Source: a virus (lineage: Duplodnaviria > Caudoviricetes). From it: DNA of 64,000 bases. Below, in pieces: positions 56,129 through 62,656 of the stretch. Position 1 is the first letter of the stretch. The number at the start of each line of letters is the position of its first letter. Below the pieces are notes generated by a model. It searched no databases. It was not told the origin of the DNA and saw only the letters and a list, made by a program, of their open reading frames with translations. The stretch lies in the IMG/VR virus record IMGVR_UViG_3300014205_000177, positions 96,001 through 160,000 of that record; one strand, 5' to 3'. Made by a program: the position numbers and the translations under genes.

Positions 56129-56221
56129 GCTAGTGTGGCTGAGTGGTCTAAAGCAGCGCACCTGTAATGCGCCGAGTTCATATCAATGGCTCCGTGGGTT
56201 CAAATCCTACCACTAGCTCCA
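56129..56221 (+). tRNA. tRNA-Thr(TGT), long variable arm, C33
   Basis: GCTAGTG/CACTAGC acceptor, GCGCA-CCTGTAA-TGCGC, TTCAAAT T-loop, CCA. Confidence 0.75.
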
Positions 56222-56301
56222 GTCTTCCGGCTTCGTAAAAACGAATATAATAACATAGCAATATGTGAAGCGGATATTCCCAGCCGGTTTTATTTTAGAA
56301 T

Positions 56302-56379
56302 GGGGCAATAGCTCAGTTGGCTTAGAGCATCTCGCTTGCACCGAGAAGGTCCAGGGTTCAATTCCCTGTTGTTCCACCA
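56302..56379 (+). tRNA. tRNA-Ala(TGC)
   Basis: TCTCG-CTTGCAC-CGAGA, G3:U70, CCA. Confidence 0.95.
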
Positions 56380-56387
56380 TTTTACGT

Positions 56388-56465
56388 TGGCTAGTAGCTC
56401 AGTTGGTAGTAAGCGTTCGCCTGTTAAGCGAAAGGTCGCACGTTCGAACCGTGCCTAGCCAGCCA
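56388..56465 (+). tRNA. tRNA-Asn(GTT)
   Basis: TTCGC-CTGTTAA-GCGAA, CCA. Confidence 0.95.
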
Positions 56466-56513
56466 ATTTTATTAACAATGTGTGTTAATATTATTCTAGT
56501 TTAAAATAATTTT

Positions 56514-56599
56514 TGCAGGGATAAGTCTCGGAAGACTGGTAAGGCTCATAACCTTATGCGGAAACGCTGAGTGGGTTCGACTCTCCACCCCTGCTACCA
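56514..56599 (+). tRNA. tRNA-Met(CAT), initiator-like, atypical body
   Basis: U1xU72 mismatch, GCAGGG/CCCTGC, TAAGG-CTCATAA-CCTTA, GCG-GAAA-CGC variable arm, CCA. Confidence 0.75.
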
Positions 56600-56667
56600 T
56601 TTCTCTACCAGAGGTAGGGATATTATAAAGGGTTATCGCTGTCCCCGTCTGACGAAACAGCGAACGT

Positions 56668-56743
56668 GGCTCGTATGGATAATGGCTATCCACAAGTATC
56701 ATAAACTTGTTTAAGGTGGGTTCGATTCCCCCACGAGCTACCA
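56668..56743 (+). tRNA. tRNA-Met(CAT), elongator (Ile2 not excluded)
   Basis: CAAGT-ATCATAA-ACTTG, bulged T-stem, CCA. Confidence 0.8.
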
Positions 56744-56752
56744 ATTTAAAAC

Positions 56753-56828
56753 GGGGATGTAGCTCAATTAGGAGAGCATCGGTCTGTCGAACCGAAGGTC
56801 GTGGGGGCAGAACCCATCATCCTCGCCA
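56753..56828 (+). tRNA. tRNA-Asp(GTC)
   Basis: TCGGT-CTGTCGA-ACCGA, G73, T-loop GGCAGAA, CCA. Confidence 0.9.
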
Positions 56829-56836
56829 TTTTATAT

Positions 56837-56913
56837 GCTCGGTTAGCTCAATTGGCTAGAGCACTTGGTTTACACCCAAGTTGTTACAGATTCGAGTTCT
56901 GTACCGAGTACCA
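56837..56913 (+). tRNA. tRNA-Val(TAC)
   Basis: CTTGG-TTTACAC-CCAAG, CCA. Confidence 0.95.
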
Positions 56914-56922
56914 GTTTTATAT

Positions 56923-57012
56923 GGGGAGGTAGCTCAGAGGCAGAGCGTCGGGCTAGGTGGTGAAAACCACCGAATCTGAAGGTCGCTGGTTCGAATCCAG
57001 CCTTCCCCACCA
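56923..57012 (+). ncRNA. tRNA-like RNA with the anticodon loop replaced by a GAAA hairpin
   Basis: Canonical acceptor, D and T arms and CCA; anticodon region is CTA-GGTGGT-GAAA-ACCACC-GAA. Confidence 0.8.
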
Positions 57013-57018
57013 GTTTCG

Positions 57019-57091
57019 TTGCGAGATAATATAATTTTTAGTACCCCATTGTGGATGGGAAATGTTGGTGAAAATCCAACTCTCGCAACCA
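57019..57091 (+). tRNA. tRNA-His(GTG), degenerate
   Basis: CCCA-TTGTGGA-TGGG; 8-bp acceptor with U-1:A73; weak D arm; T-loop TGAAAAT; CCA. Confidence 0.7.
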
Positions 57092-57116
57092 TTTTTTAAA
57101 AAAATAGAAAAGTAAT

Positions 57117-57144
57117 TTGTTTTTGAAGTAAATTATGCTATATT
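57117..57144 (+). promoter_or_regulatory. Internal promoter in tRNA array 1
   Basis: TTGTTT-N16 (ending TGC)-TATATT. Confidence 0.6.
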
Positions 57145-57235
57145 TTAAAGTATAAGAAAGTTGTTGGATAATTACCAACTGAACTCTGAGGTTATGGGAA
57201 TATCAGAGAGAGATTAACAAATAACCCGTACATAT

Positions 57236-57309
57236 CAGAGCGTGAGATAATGGTAGTCGTCCTTCCTTGGAAGAAGGGGGTGGTCGTTCGAATCGACCCG
57301 CTCTGACCA
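57236..57309 (+). tRNA. tRNA-Pro(TGG)
   Basis: CCTTC-CTTGGAA-GAAGG, C1:G72, A73, CCA. Confidence 0.9.
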
Positions 57310-57359
57310 TTTTAAATTTAACCATAGTGGTTTAAATAAAAAATAACATAGGAAAAGTT

Positions 57360-57566
57360 ATGGAAGAAGATTTAATTCCTGAAATTTGGGAAAACGGAAA
57401 GGGGAGAACAAAACCCTTTGTAAAAAGTAAGAAAAACAATTATGAAGAACCCAAAAAAAGATTTGGGATAATTGGTAAGAAAAAAGTAAAAGAAAATAGA
57501 GAACTTCAAGATATAGATGAAGTAGAAGATAAAATAAGTTCTTCTATACTTAGTAAAATTAAATAA
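57360..57566 (+). CDS. Hypothetical protein within the tRNA array
   Basis: 68 aa, SD AGGA. Confidence 0.55.
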   Translation: MEEDLIPEIWENGKGRTKPFVKSKKNNYEEPKKRFGIIGKKKVKENRELQDIDEVEDKISSSILSKIK

Positions 57567-57571
57567 TATGT

Positions 57572-57647
57572 GTCCGGTTCTTCTAGTTGGACAGGATAAG
57601 GGACCTTCACTCCCTCGACACGGGTTCGAATCCCGTACCGGATACCA
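57572..57647 (+). tRNA. tRNA-Glu(TTC), C33
   Basis: AGGGA-CCTTCAC-TCCCT, CCA. Confidence 0.9.
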
Positions 57648-57650
57648 TAA

Positions 57651-57726
57651 AGCCCTGAAGTGTAACGGCTGCACACTTGTCTTTGACACAAGTAGACTTA
57701 TGGTTCAACTCCATGCAGGGCTGCCA
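57651..57726 (+). tRNA. tRNA-Gln(TTG)
   Basis: CTTGT-CTTTGAC-ACAAG, G73, CCA. Confidence 0.9.
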
Positions 57727-57734
57727 GTTTTCGA

Positions 57735-57809
57735 GTTCCCTTAATTCAGAGGAAGAAATTATCGGTCCTAACGATAAAGTCGCTGGTTCAAGTCCAGCAG
57801 GGAACGCCA
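57735..57809 (+). tRNA. tRNA-Arg(CCT)
   Basis: TATCG-GTCCTAA-CGATA, A20 in D-loop, CCA. Confidence 0.9.
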
Positions 57810-57823
57810 GTTTTGTTTTATGT

Positions 57824-57907
57824 GTGCCAGTAGCTGAGAGGATAGAGCAGTGGTTTAAATTAAATATTTAAGATTGACGTGTGTTCGATTCAATGTTTCG
57901 ATGGTAT
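57824..57907 (+). pseudogene. Degenerate tRNA (Arg-like 5' half)
   Basis: GTGCCAGTAGCTGAGAGGATAGAGCA and GTTCGATTC remain; anticodon arm, T-stem and CCA are decayed. Confidence 0.55.
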
Positions 57908-57927
57908 TATATAAAAAGGAGTTTTAT

Positions 57928-58906
57928 ATGAAAGCCATTGAAATAGATTGGAAATTAGTTCAGGAATACCATAATAATGAGCACTGCTTGAGTGATGTCA
58001 TGAAAAATTTTAAGGTTTCAAGAGCATCCATAGATACAGCGGTAAAACATGGATGCTTTGTTAAAAAATATTTTAAACAAGAACACACTGAGGAAACAAA
58101 GAAGGCAATATCTGAAAAAAGGAAAAAATGGTTGGCAGACAATCCAGATAAACATGTATGGAAAAGGAAGGGAAAATTCAAATCTGAACCATGCGAAGTA
58201 TTAAAGAAAAAAACTTGAAGAAAATGGAGTTAGTTTTTATCCAGAATTTTCACCAATAGAAAGCCATTCATTCTCTTTAGATATAGCTTTTCCAAAAGAT
58301 AAGTTTGGCATAGAAATAAATGGAAACCAGCACTATGAAAGAGACGGTAGACTAAAGGATTATTATCAGAAACGACATGATTTAATCGTTGCAGATGGTT
58401 GGGAACTATTGGAAATACCTTGTGCTATGGTTTGGAACAAGGAGTTTATTGATGGTTTAATAGAATCACTTAAAACTAAGGTCTGCGGTTTTGAGTATAA
58501 AGAACAAGTGGAAGAATATAATAAAAAGAAAAGAGAAAAGTATATTTGCCCGACTTGTGACAATAGAAAGAGCAAAAACTCGATGCTTTGTAGAAAGTGT
58601 TCTTTTAAGCCGAAAGTAAAAAAGCAAGTAGTCAGAATTTTTGTAAATAAAAACCATATGTGTCCGAATTGTAAAAACGCTAAAGATGCAAAAGCGGTTT
58701 TATGTAAGGAATGCTTTAGTTTGTCAAAGAGGAAAGTTGAAAGACCAAATAAGGAAGAGTTGGAAAAATTGGTCAAAGAGTTATCGATGACTAAGATAGG
58801 CAAGATGTTCGGAGTTAGCGACAATGCCGTAAAAAAATGGTGTAAAATTTATGAAATAGAATTAGGAGACAGACGAGGGTACTGGGCAAAGATTTATGCA
58901 AGGTGA
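57928..58906 (+). pseudogene. Free-standing homing-type endonuclease (Vsr/DUF559-like PD-(D/E)XK domain, Zn ribbons, HTH) split by a +1 frameshift at A7 (58207-58213)
   Basis: ATG 57928 with SD AAGGAG; NUMOD3-like HTEETKKAIS; +1 frame continues KLEENG..SLDIAFP..GIEINGNQHY..GWELLEIP into ORF 58409-58906. Confidence 0.8.
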
Positions 58907-58914
58907 TTTAACAT

Positions 58915-58989
58915 GGTCTCATAGCTTAACGGATAAAGTTCGTGTCTTCTAAACACGCCATTCGGGTTCAATTCCCGATGAGACCTCCA
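58915..58989 (+). tRNA. tRNA-Arg(TCT)
   Basis: CGTGT-CTTCTAA-ACACG, CCA. Confidence 0.95.
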
Positions 58990-59010
58990 ATTTTAAAAAA
59001 GGAATTTTTT

Positions 59011-59268
59011 ATGAAAAGAGCTAGACCTATTTACTCACTAGGGCAGTATTATAGAAACAGGGGCACTCATAAACGAGAAGAAGCAATAAGCGAAGACGAA
59101 GAACATAGTCCATTAACTAGAGCCAAGAGAGAATCAAATTTACCTGACTCTTGGGATACAAAAAAGATTTGCAGACCTAAGACATGGAAGAGGAGATGCA
59201 AGAAAGCAAAACAGTGGATGAAACATTTTATGACAGATTTAGAAAAGAAATTTATAAGAGGAGAATAA
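59011..59268 (+). CDS. Small basic hypothetical protein (LPDSWD..KTWK..KQW)
   Basis: Start moved to ATG 59011 (SD AAGGA) because the track start lies inside tRNA-Arg. Confidence 0.65.
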   Translation: MKRARPIYSLGQYYRNRGTHKREEAISEDEEHSPLTRAKRESNLPDSWDTKKICRPKTWKRRCKKAKQWMKHFMTDLEKKFIRGE

Positions 59269-59271
59269 ACG

Positions 59272-59376
59272 ATGAGTGGAAAAGGATGTAAGAGAAGACC
59301 TCAACAGATAAGCGAAGAAAAAATGCAAAGCAATTGGGAAAAAGCATTTAACAAAGGAAATAAAAAGAAAAAATGA
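59272..59376 (+). CDS. Small phage protein (34 aa, MSGKGCKRRPQQISEEKMQSNWEKAF...)
   Basis: SD AGGAG; stop overlaps the next ATG; GKGxxRRP..NWxxxF pattern. Confidence 0.6.
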   Translation: MSGKGCKRRPQQISEEKMQSNWEKAFNKGNKKKK

Positions 59377-59960
59377 GTGAAGTATTGGTTTTAAACAAGC
59401 TATGGCAACCAGTTAAAGTTATTAACGTATGGGATGCAATTTGCAAAGTATATCAAGATAAAGCTTCTTTTTTAGATGCTAATTATGTTATGCATAATTG
59501 GGAATCTTGGGTTATATCATGGAAAGATGCAGAAATTCATGCAAAAGATATGATACATGGTTCATCTTGTTCTATTAGAAAACCAACTGTAATTGTTTTA
59601 AAAAACTACAGTGGGTATGTTTTTAAAAAACCAAAGATGAGTAGGCGTAACATTTACTTAAGGGATGCAAACCAGTGCCAATATTGTGGTATAACATACG
59701 AAACAAAGAAACTAAATATAGACCATATTATACCTAAATCTCATGGGGGAAGAACTCAATGGACTAATGTAGTAGTTTCATGTATAAAATGTAATAGTTT
59801 TAAAGCAGATAGAACTCCTGAACAGGCAGGAATGAAACTTTTAAGAAAGCCAAAAGCTCCTACCTGGAAAGATGTTAACATGGAAGCTTTTCAAAGAAAT
59901 TATTCTAATTGGCACGGTCTGTTAAATGACATGTACTGGAATGTTACTTTAGAAAAATAG
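59373..59960 (+). CDS. HNH endonuclease (McrA-like)
   Basis: VLVLN..SRRNIYLRDANQCQYCG..NIDHIIPKSHGG..WTNVVVSCIKCN..K.DRTPEQAGM. Confidence 0.9.
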   Translation: MSEVLVLNKLWQPVKVINVWDAICKVYQDKASFLDANYVMHNWESWVISWKDAEIHAKDMIHGSSCSIRKPTVIVLKNYSGYVFKKPKMSRRNIYLRDANQCQYCGITYETKKLNIDHIIPKSHGGRTQWTNVVVSCIKCNSFKADRTPEQAGMKLLRKPKAPTWKDVNMEAFQRNYSNWHGLLNDMYWNVTLEK

Positions 59961-59970
59961 AATTATAAGA

Positions 59971-59998
59971 TTGACAAATAAAAAAAAGATGCTATACT
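59971..59998 (+). promoter_or_regulatory. Sigma-70-type promoter
   Basis: TTGACA-N16 (ending TGC)-TATACT. Confidence 0.75.
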
Positions 59999-60039
59999 TA
60001 ATAAGTGTAGCATTTTTTATATATAAATAAGGAGATAAA

Positions 60040-60426
60040 ATGAGTGAAAAAATTGTAATGGGTAAAATGTTTTCTATTGAAAATAAAAACAAAAAAACCG
60101 GTGAAAATGAAAAATACATAGCCGTTTATGTAGAAGACGAAAGCGGAAATGAAGAAACCGAAAGGTGCTTACTATTTACGGAAATAGAGCTTTCCGACAT
60201 GGAAAAAGTTGTACTTCCATTTGTTAAGAATACAATGAAAAAAGGAAGAATTTATTCTGTTATTATAGACAAAAAAGAAACAAATCTTTTAAAAGTAGAA
60301 ACAGAACGTAATGGAAATATTATTTTTAGGGTTTCTAATTCTCAACTTAAATCGGCAGAAGAAAGGGTTAAAAGAAATCCAGAAGATGTTGAAAAGAAAG
60401 ATTTTATAACTGATTTACTTGACTAA
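60040..60426 (+). CDS. Hypothetical protein
   Basis: 128 aa, SD AAGGAG. Confidence 0.7.
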   Translation: MSEKIVMGKMFSIENKNKKTGENEKYIAVYVEDESGNEETERCLLFTEIELSDMEKVVLPFVKNTMKKGRIYSVIIDKKETNLLKVETERNGNIIFRVSNSQLKSAEERVKRNPEDVEKKDFITDLLD

Positions 60427-60435
60427 CAAGGAAAT

Positions 60436-60669
60436 ATGATGAAATTAAAAATAAAATGTCCAGAATGTAAAAGGGAACATCTTGTCACTATATCAAATGA
60501 ACAACCTATTATGGAAATTAAAAAGATAAAATGTTTATCTTGTAGTATAATTATAAAATATAGAATAGGAATAAAAAAAGAAAATACCAGTGATAGTTCT
60601 TCTAAACTTTTTGATAGTATGGGAATGTTTGGAGATGTTTTTAAAAATATTATGGGGAGTAAAAGATGA
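60436..60669 (+). CDS. Zn-ribbon protein
   Basis: CPEC..CLSC. Confidence 0.65.
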   Translation: MMKLKIKCPECKREHLVTISNEQPIMEIKKIKCLSCSIIIKYRIGIKKENTSDSSSKLFDSMGMFGDVFKNIMGSKR

Positions 60670-60992
60670 TAGGTACAATAGAAGTGGTAAATAAATATAC
60701 ATATGAAGGTGATTATATAGATATAATGAGAGGAACTCCACTTGGTAATCCATATATAGTTTCTGATTCAATGAGCAGAGAACAATCAGTTTTAAATTTT
60801 TATAAATATTTCAGAAAAGAATTTTTTAAAAAAACAGATGTATATAATGCAATAATGGAGATAGTTGAAAAGGTTAAGTCTGGAGAAAATGTAAAAATTA
60901 AATGTTGTTGTAAACCAAAATTATGCCATGGCGATATTATAAAAATTGCAATAGAAAGTATTTTAGAAAAACAAATTAGAAATAATACTTGA
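60666..60992 (+). CDS. DUF4326-like protein
   Basis: I.RGTPLGNPY..R...V..F..Y..CCCKPKLCHGDII motif. Confidence 0.8.
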   Translation: MIGTIEVVNKYTYEGDYIDIMRGTPLGNPYIVSDSMSREQSVLNFYKYFRKEFFKKTDVYNAIMEIVEKVKSGENVKIKCCCKPKLCHGDIIKIAIESILEKQIRNNT

Positions 60993-61016
60993 TTTTTAAA
61001 AATATTATGCTATAGT
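60989..61016 (+). promoter_or_regulatory. Promoter of the PTH2-like operon
   Basis: TTGATT-N16 (ending TGC)-TATAGT. Confidence 0.65.
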
Positions 61017-61066
61017 TAATATTATAAAATTTCTTATTATGAGAAATTAAAAAAAAGAGGTAAAAA

Positions 61067-61141
61067 ATGATGTAGAATAATAAATCTCCATAACGTGTTT
61101 CTTTGTTTTAATGATTTTAATAATAATAATAAACAAAGGAG
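61067..61141 (+). promoter_or_regulatory. Mini-leader ATG ATG TAG (read-through MM*NNKSP*) plus SD-sequestering hairpin
   Basis: SD GAGG at 61057; TTTCTTTGTTT (61098-61108) pairs with AAACAAAGGAG (61131-61141). Confidence 0.55.
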
Positions 61142-61147
61142 AGTATA

Positions 61148-61522
61148 ATGAATACTTTAAGAAACACGAACGAAGAAGTAATAGATTTGAAGAAAGAGGA
61201 ATATAAGAAGAATATTAAAAGGATGAAGGCTAACGTTAAACTGGTGTCAAATAACATAAAAGAAATGAAAGAAGAATTAAAGACTAAGCAAAAAAAAGGT
61301 GATTATAAAAGTTGGTCTTTAATGAGTGATTTAAATTCTTATAAAAATGATGTCAGAAATACACATATAGCTTATGCTATGGCAAAAGGGAGAGTCTACC
61401 AAAAAATTGAGTCAAAAGTTAGAGATAACAATGAACCAAACTGGTGGGCAATAAAGGCAAATATAGAAAATTTCTTCGGAAAGAAATTTGAAATTGTTGA
61501 CTTCAAGGTAAACTTTCTATGA
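61148..61522 (+). CDS. Hypothetical protein (R..HIAY.M.KGR.Y..IE motif)
   Basis: 124 aa, SD AAGGAG; coupled to the next gene by ATGA overlap. Confidence 0.7.
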   Translation: MNTLRNTNEEVIDLKKEEYKKNIKRMKANVKLVSNNIKEMKEELKTKQKKGDYKSWSLMSDLNSYKNDVRNTHIAYAMAKGRVYQKIESKVRDNNEPNWWAIKANIENFFGKKFEIVDFKVNFL

Positions 61523-61821
61523 AAAAGGTATTTATAATAACCAGGAAAGACCTTGAAAATGGAGCAAGAATAGTTCAGTCTGTTCATTCATTCCATGAGT
61601 TGGCAAGAAAAAATGAAGAAATATTGAATCAGGTATATAATACAATATGTTACAAAATAGAAGACGAACTATCATTAAAAGAAGTTTCTGAGAGGATAGC
61701 AAGTAATCTAAACGAAAAAGAATATGCATGGTTCAGAGAAACAGATTACAATAATCAATTGACCTCTTTTGCAGTCTTTACAAACAAGAAAGAGCTGTTT
61801 AAAGGTTTAAGATTGGCGTAA
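61519..61821 (+). CDS. Peptidyl-tRNA hydrolase type 2 (PTH2)-like protein
   Basis: KVFIITRKDL..G..IVQSVHS..FRETD...QLTS..LFKGLRL resembles the PTH2 fold signature. Confidence 0.7.
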   Translation: MKKVFIITRKDLENGARIVQSVHSFHELARKNEEILNQVYNTICYKIEDELSLKEVSERIASNLNEKEYAWFRETDYNNQLTSFAVFTNKKELFKGLRLA

Positions 61822-61827
61822 TAAATA

Positions 61828-61855
61828 GGGAGGAGTAAATCCTCCCATTATTTTA
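61828..61855 (+). terminator. Probable terminator hairpin
   Basis: GGGAGGA-GTAAA-TCCTCCC followed by ATTATTTT. Confidence 0.55.
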
Positions 61856-61871
61856 TAAAAAATGGAGAAAA

Positions 61872-62342
61872 ATGAGCAATAAAGAAAATTATTTTTTAGA
61901 CCTAGCACTTAGAAGTGCTCATCAAGGTTCCTGTACAAGAAGAAACTACGGAGCAATTATAGTAAACGAGAAAAAGCATATAGTAGCAACTGGTTATACA
62001 GGAAATGTATCAGGAGAAGAGCACTGTAATAGTCTTGGAATTTGCTGGAGAAAAGAGAATAATATTCCAAGTGGAACCTCCTACGAACGCTGTAAATCAA
62101 TACATGCCGAACAGAATGCGTTAATTCAAGCCGGTAAAGAATCTTATGGTTCTGTAATATATATTGCCGGATATGATGTAGAAACAGGAAGGGAAATAGC
62201 TGGTATACCTTGCTTTATTTGTGCAAAACTAATTGTTAATGCTGGAATATCTTCTATTATATATAGAGATACATCTTTAGTGTTCAGGAAGGGTCCAGTT
62301 GCCCATTATCGTGAACTAGAAAGAAAAATATTTGGAAAATAA
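61872..62342 (+). CDS. dCMP/cytidine deaminase family protein
   Basis: SCTRRNYGAIIV..ATGY.G..HAEQNA..PCFIC. Confidence 0.9.
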   Translation: MSNKENYFLDLALRSAHQGSCTRRNYGAIIVNEKKHIVATGYTGNVSGEEHCNSLGICWRKENNIPSGTSYERCKSIHAEQNALIQAGKESYGSVIYIAGYDVETGREIAGIPCFICAKLIVNAGISSIIYRDTSLVFRKGPVAHYRELERKIFGK

Positions 62343-62354
62343 TAGTTTATGGTG

Positions 62355-62382
62355 TTGTTTTTTTATAAAGTAATGCTATAAT
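62355..62382 (+). promoter_or_regulatory. Promoter of tRNA array 2
   Basis: TTGTTT-N16 (ending TGC)-TATAAT. Confidence 0.7.
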
Positions 62383-62522
62383 ATAATCAACAGCCACCGA
62401 TATAGAAATATACGGTAATGTATAGCTCATCTGCCAGGTGTAGAGTGAGTTTCCGAGAATGACGATGACAAAATTCAAAGTTGTTCTCCGTTTTTAAAAA
62501 AAAATAAAAGGAATTATATTAA

Positions 62523-62594
62523 ATGATGAACGTTTTTAAAAAGATTAGTTTTGGTCGTTGGGGTTTTAAACCTCACGTCCGTCTATTCTTGTAA
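62523..62594 (+). CDS. Leader peptide 2 (MMNVFKKISFGRWGFKPHVRLFL), putative attenuator of tRNA array 2
   Basis: SD AAAGGA at 62507; codons 4-13 include a codon for each of the 8 downstream tRNAs; 3' end overlaps the antiterminator strand. Confidence 0.85.
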   Translation: MMNVFKKISFGRWGFKPHVRLFL

Positions 62595-62654
62595 CGTTTA
62601 TCGTTAGTTGTTGGAGAAGTAGGCGGACTAGAAATAGTTCGCCTTTTTGTTTTT
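62577..62654 (+). terminator. Attenuator 2: antiterminator (62577-62628) overlapping intrinsic terminator (62621-62654)
   Basis: AGGCGGACTA-GAAA-TAGTTCGCCT-TTTTGTTTTT; GTCCGTCTA pairs with TAGGCGGAC and TTCTT with GAGAA. Confidence 0.85.
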
Positions 62655-62656
62655 AT

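Noticed and set aside
56129-56221. tRNA-Tyr(GTA)
   Set aside because: The GTA register breaks the anticodon stem; the 5-bp stem centres on TGT.
56221-56290. HDV-like theta ribozyme 3' of a tRNA
   Set aside because: Could not build the nested double pseudoknot or find the J4/2 catalytic C; kept only as an unclassified structured spacer.
57735-57809. Amber suppressor tRNA (CTA) and TAG recoding
   Set aside because: The 7-nt loop GTCCTAA centres on CCT (Arg). TAG ends genes at 2404 and 59960, and very long ORFs are uninterrupted under the standard code.
56265-57871. ORF-track ORFs overlapping tRNA genes (56265, 56496, 57372, 57506, 57677; also 62882 and 62902)
   Set aside because: Shadow ORFs over tRNA genes, with no SD or protein features.
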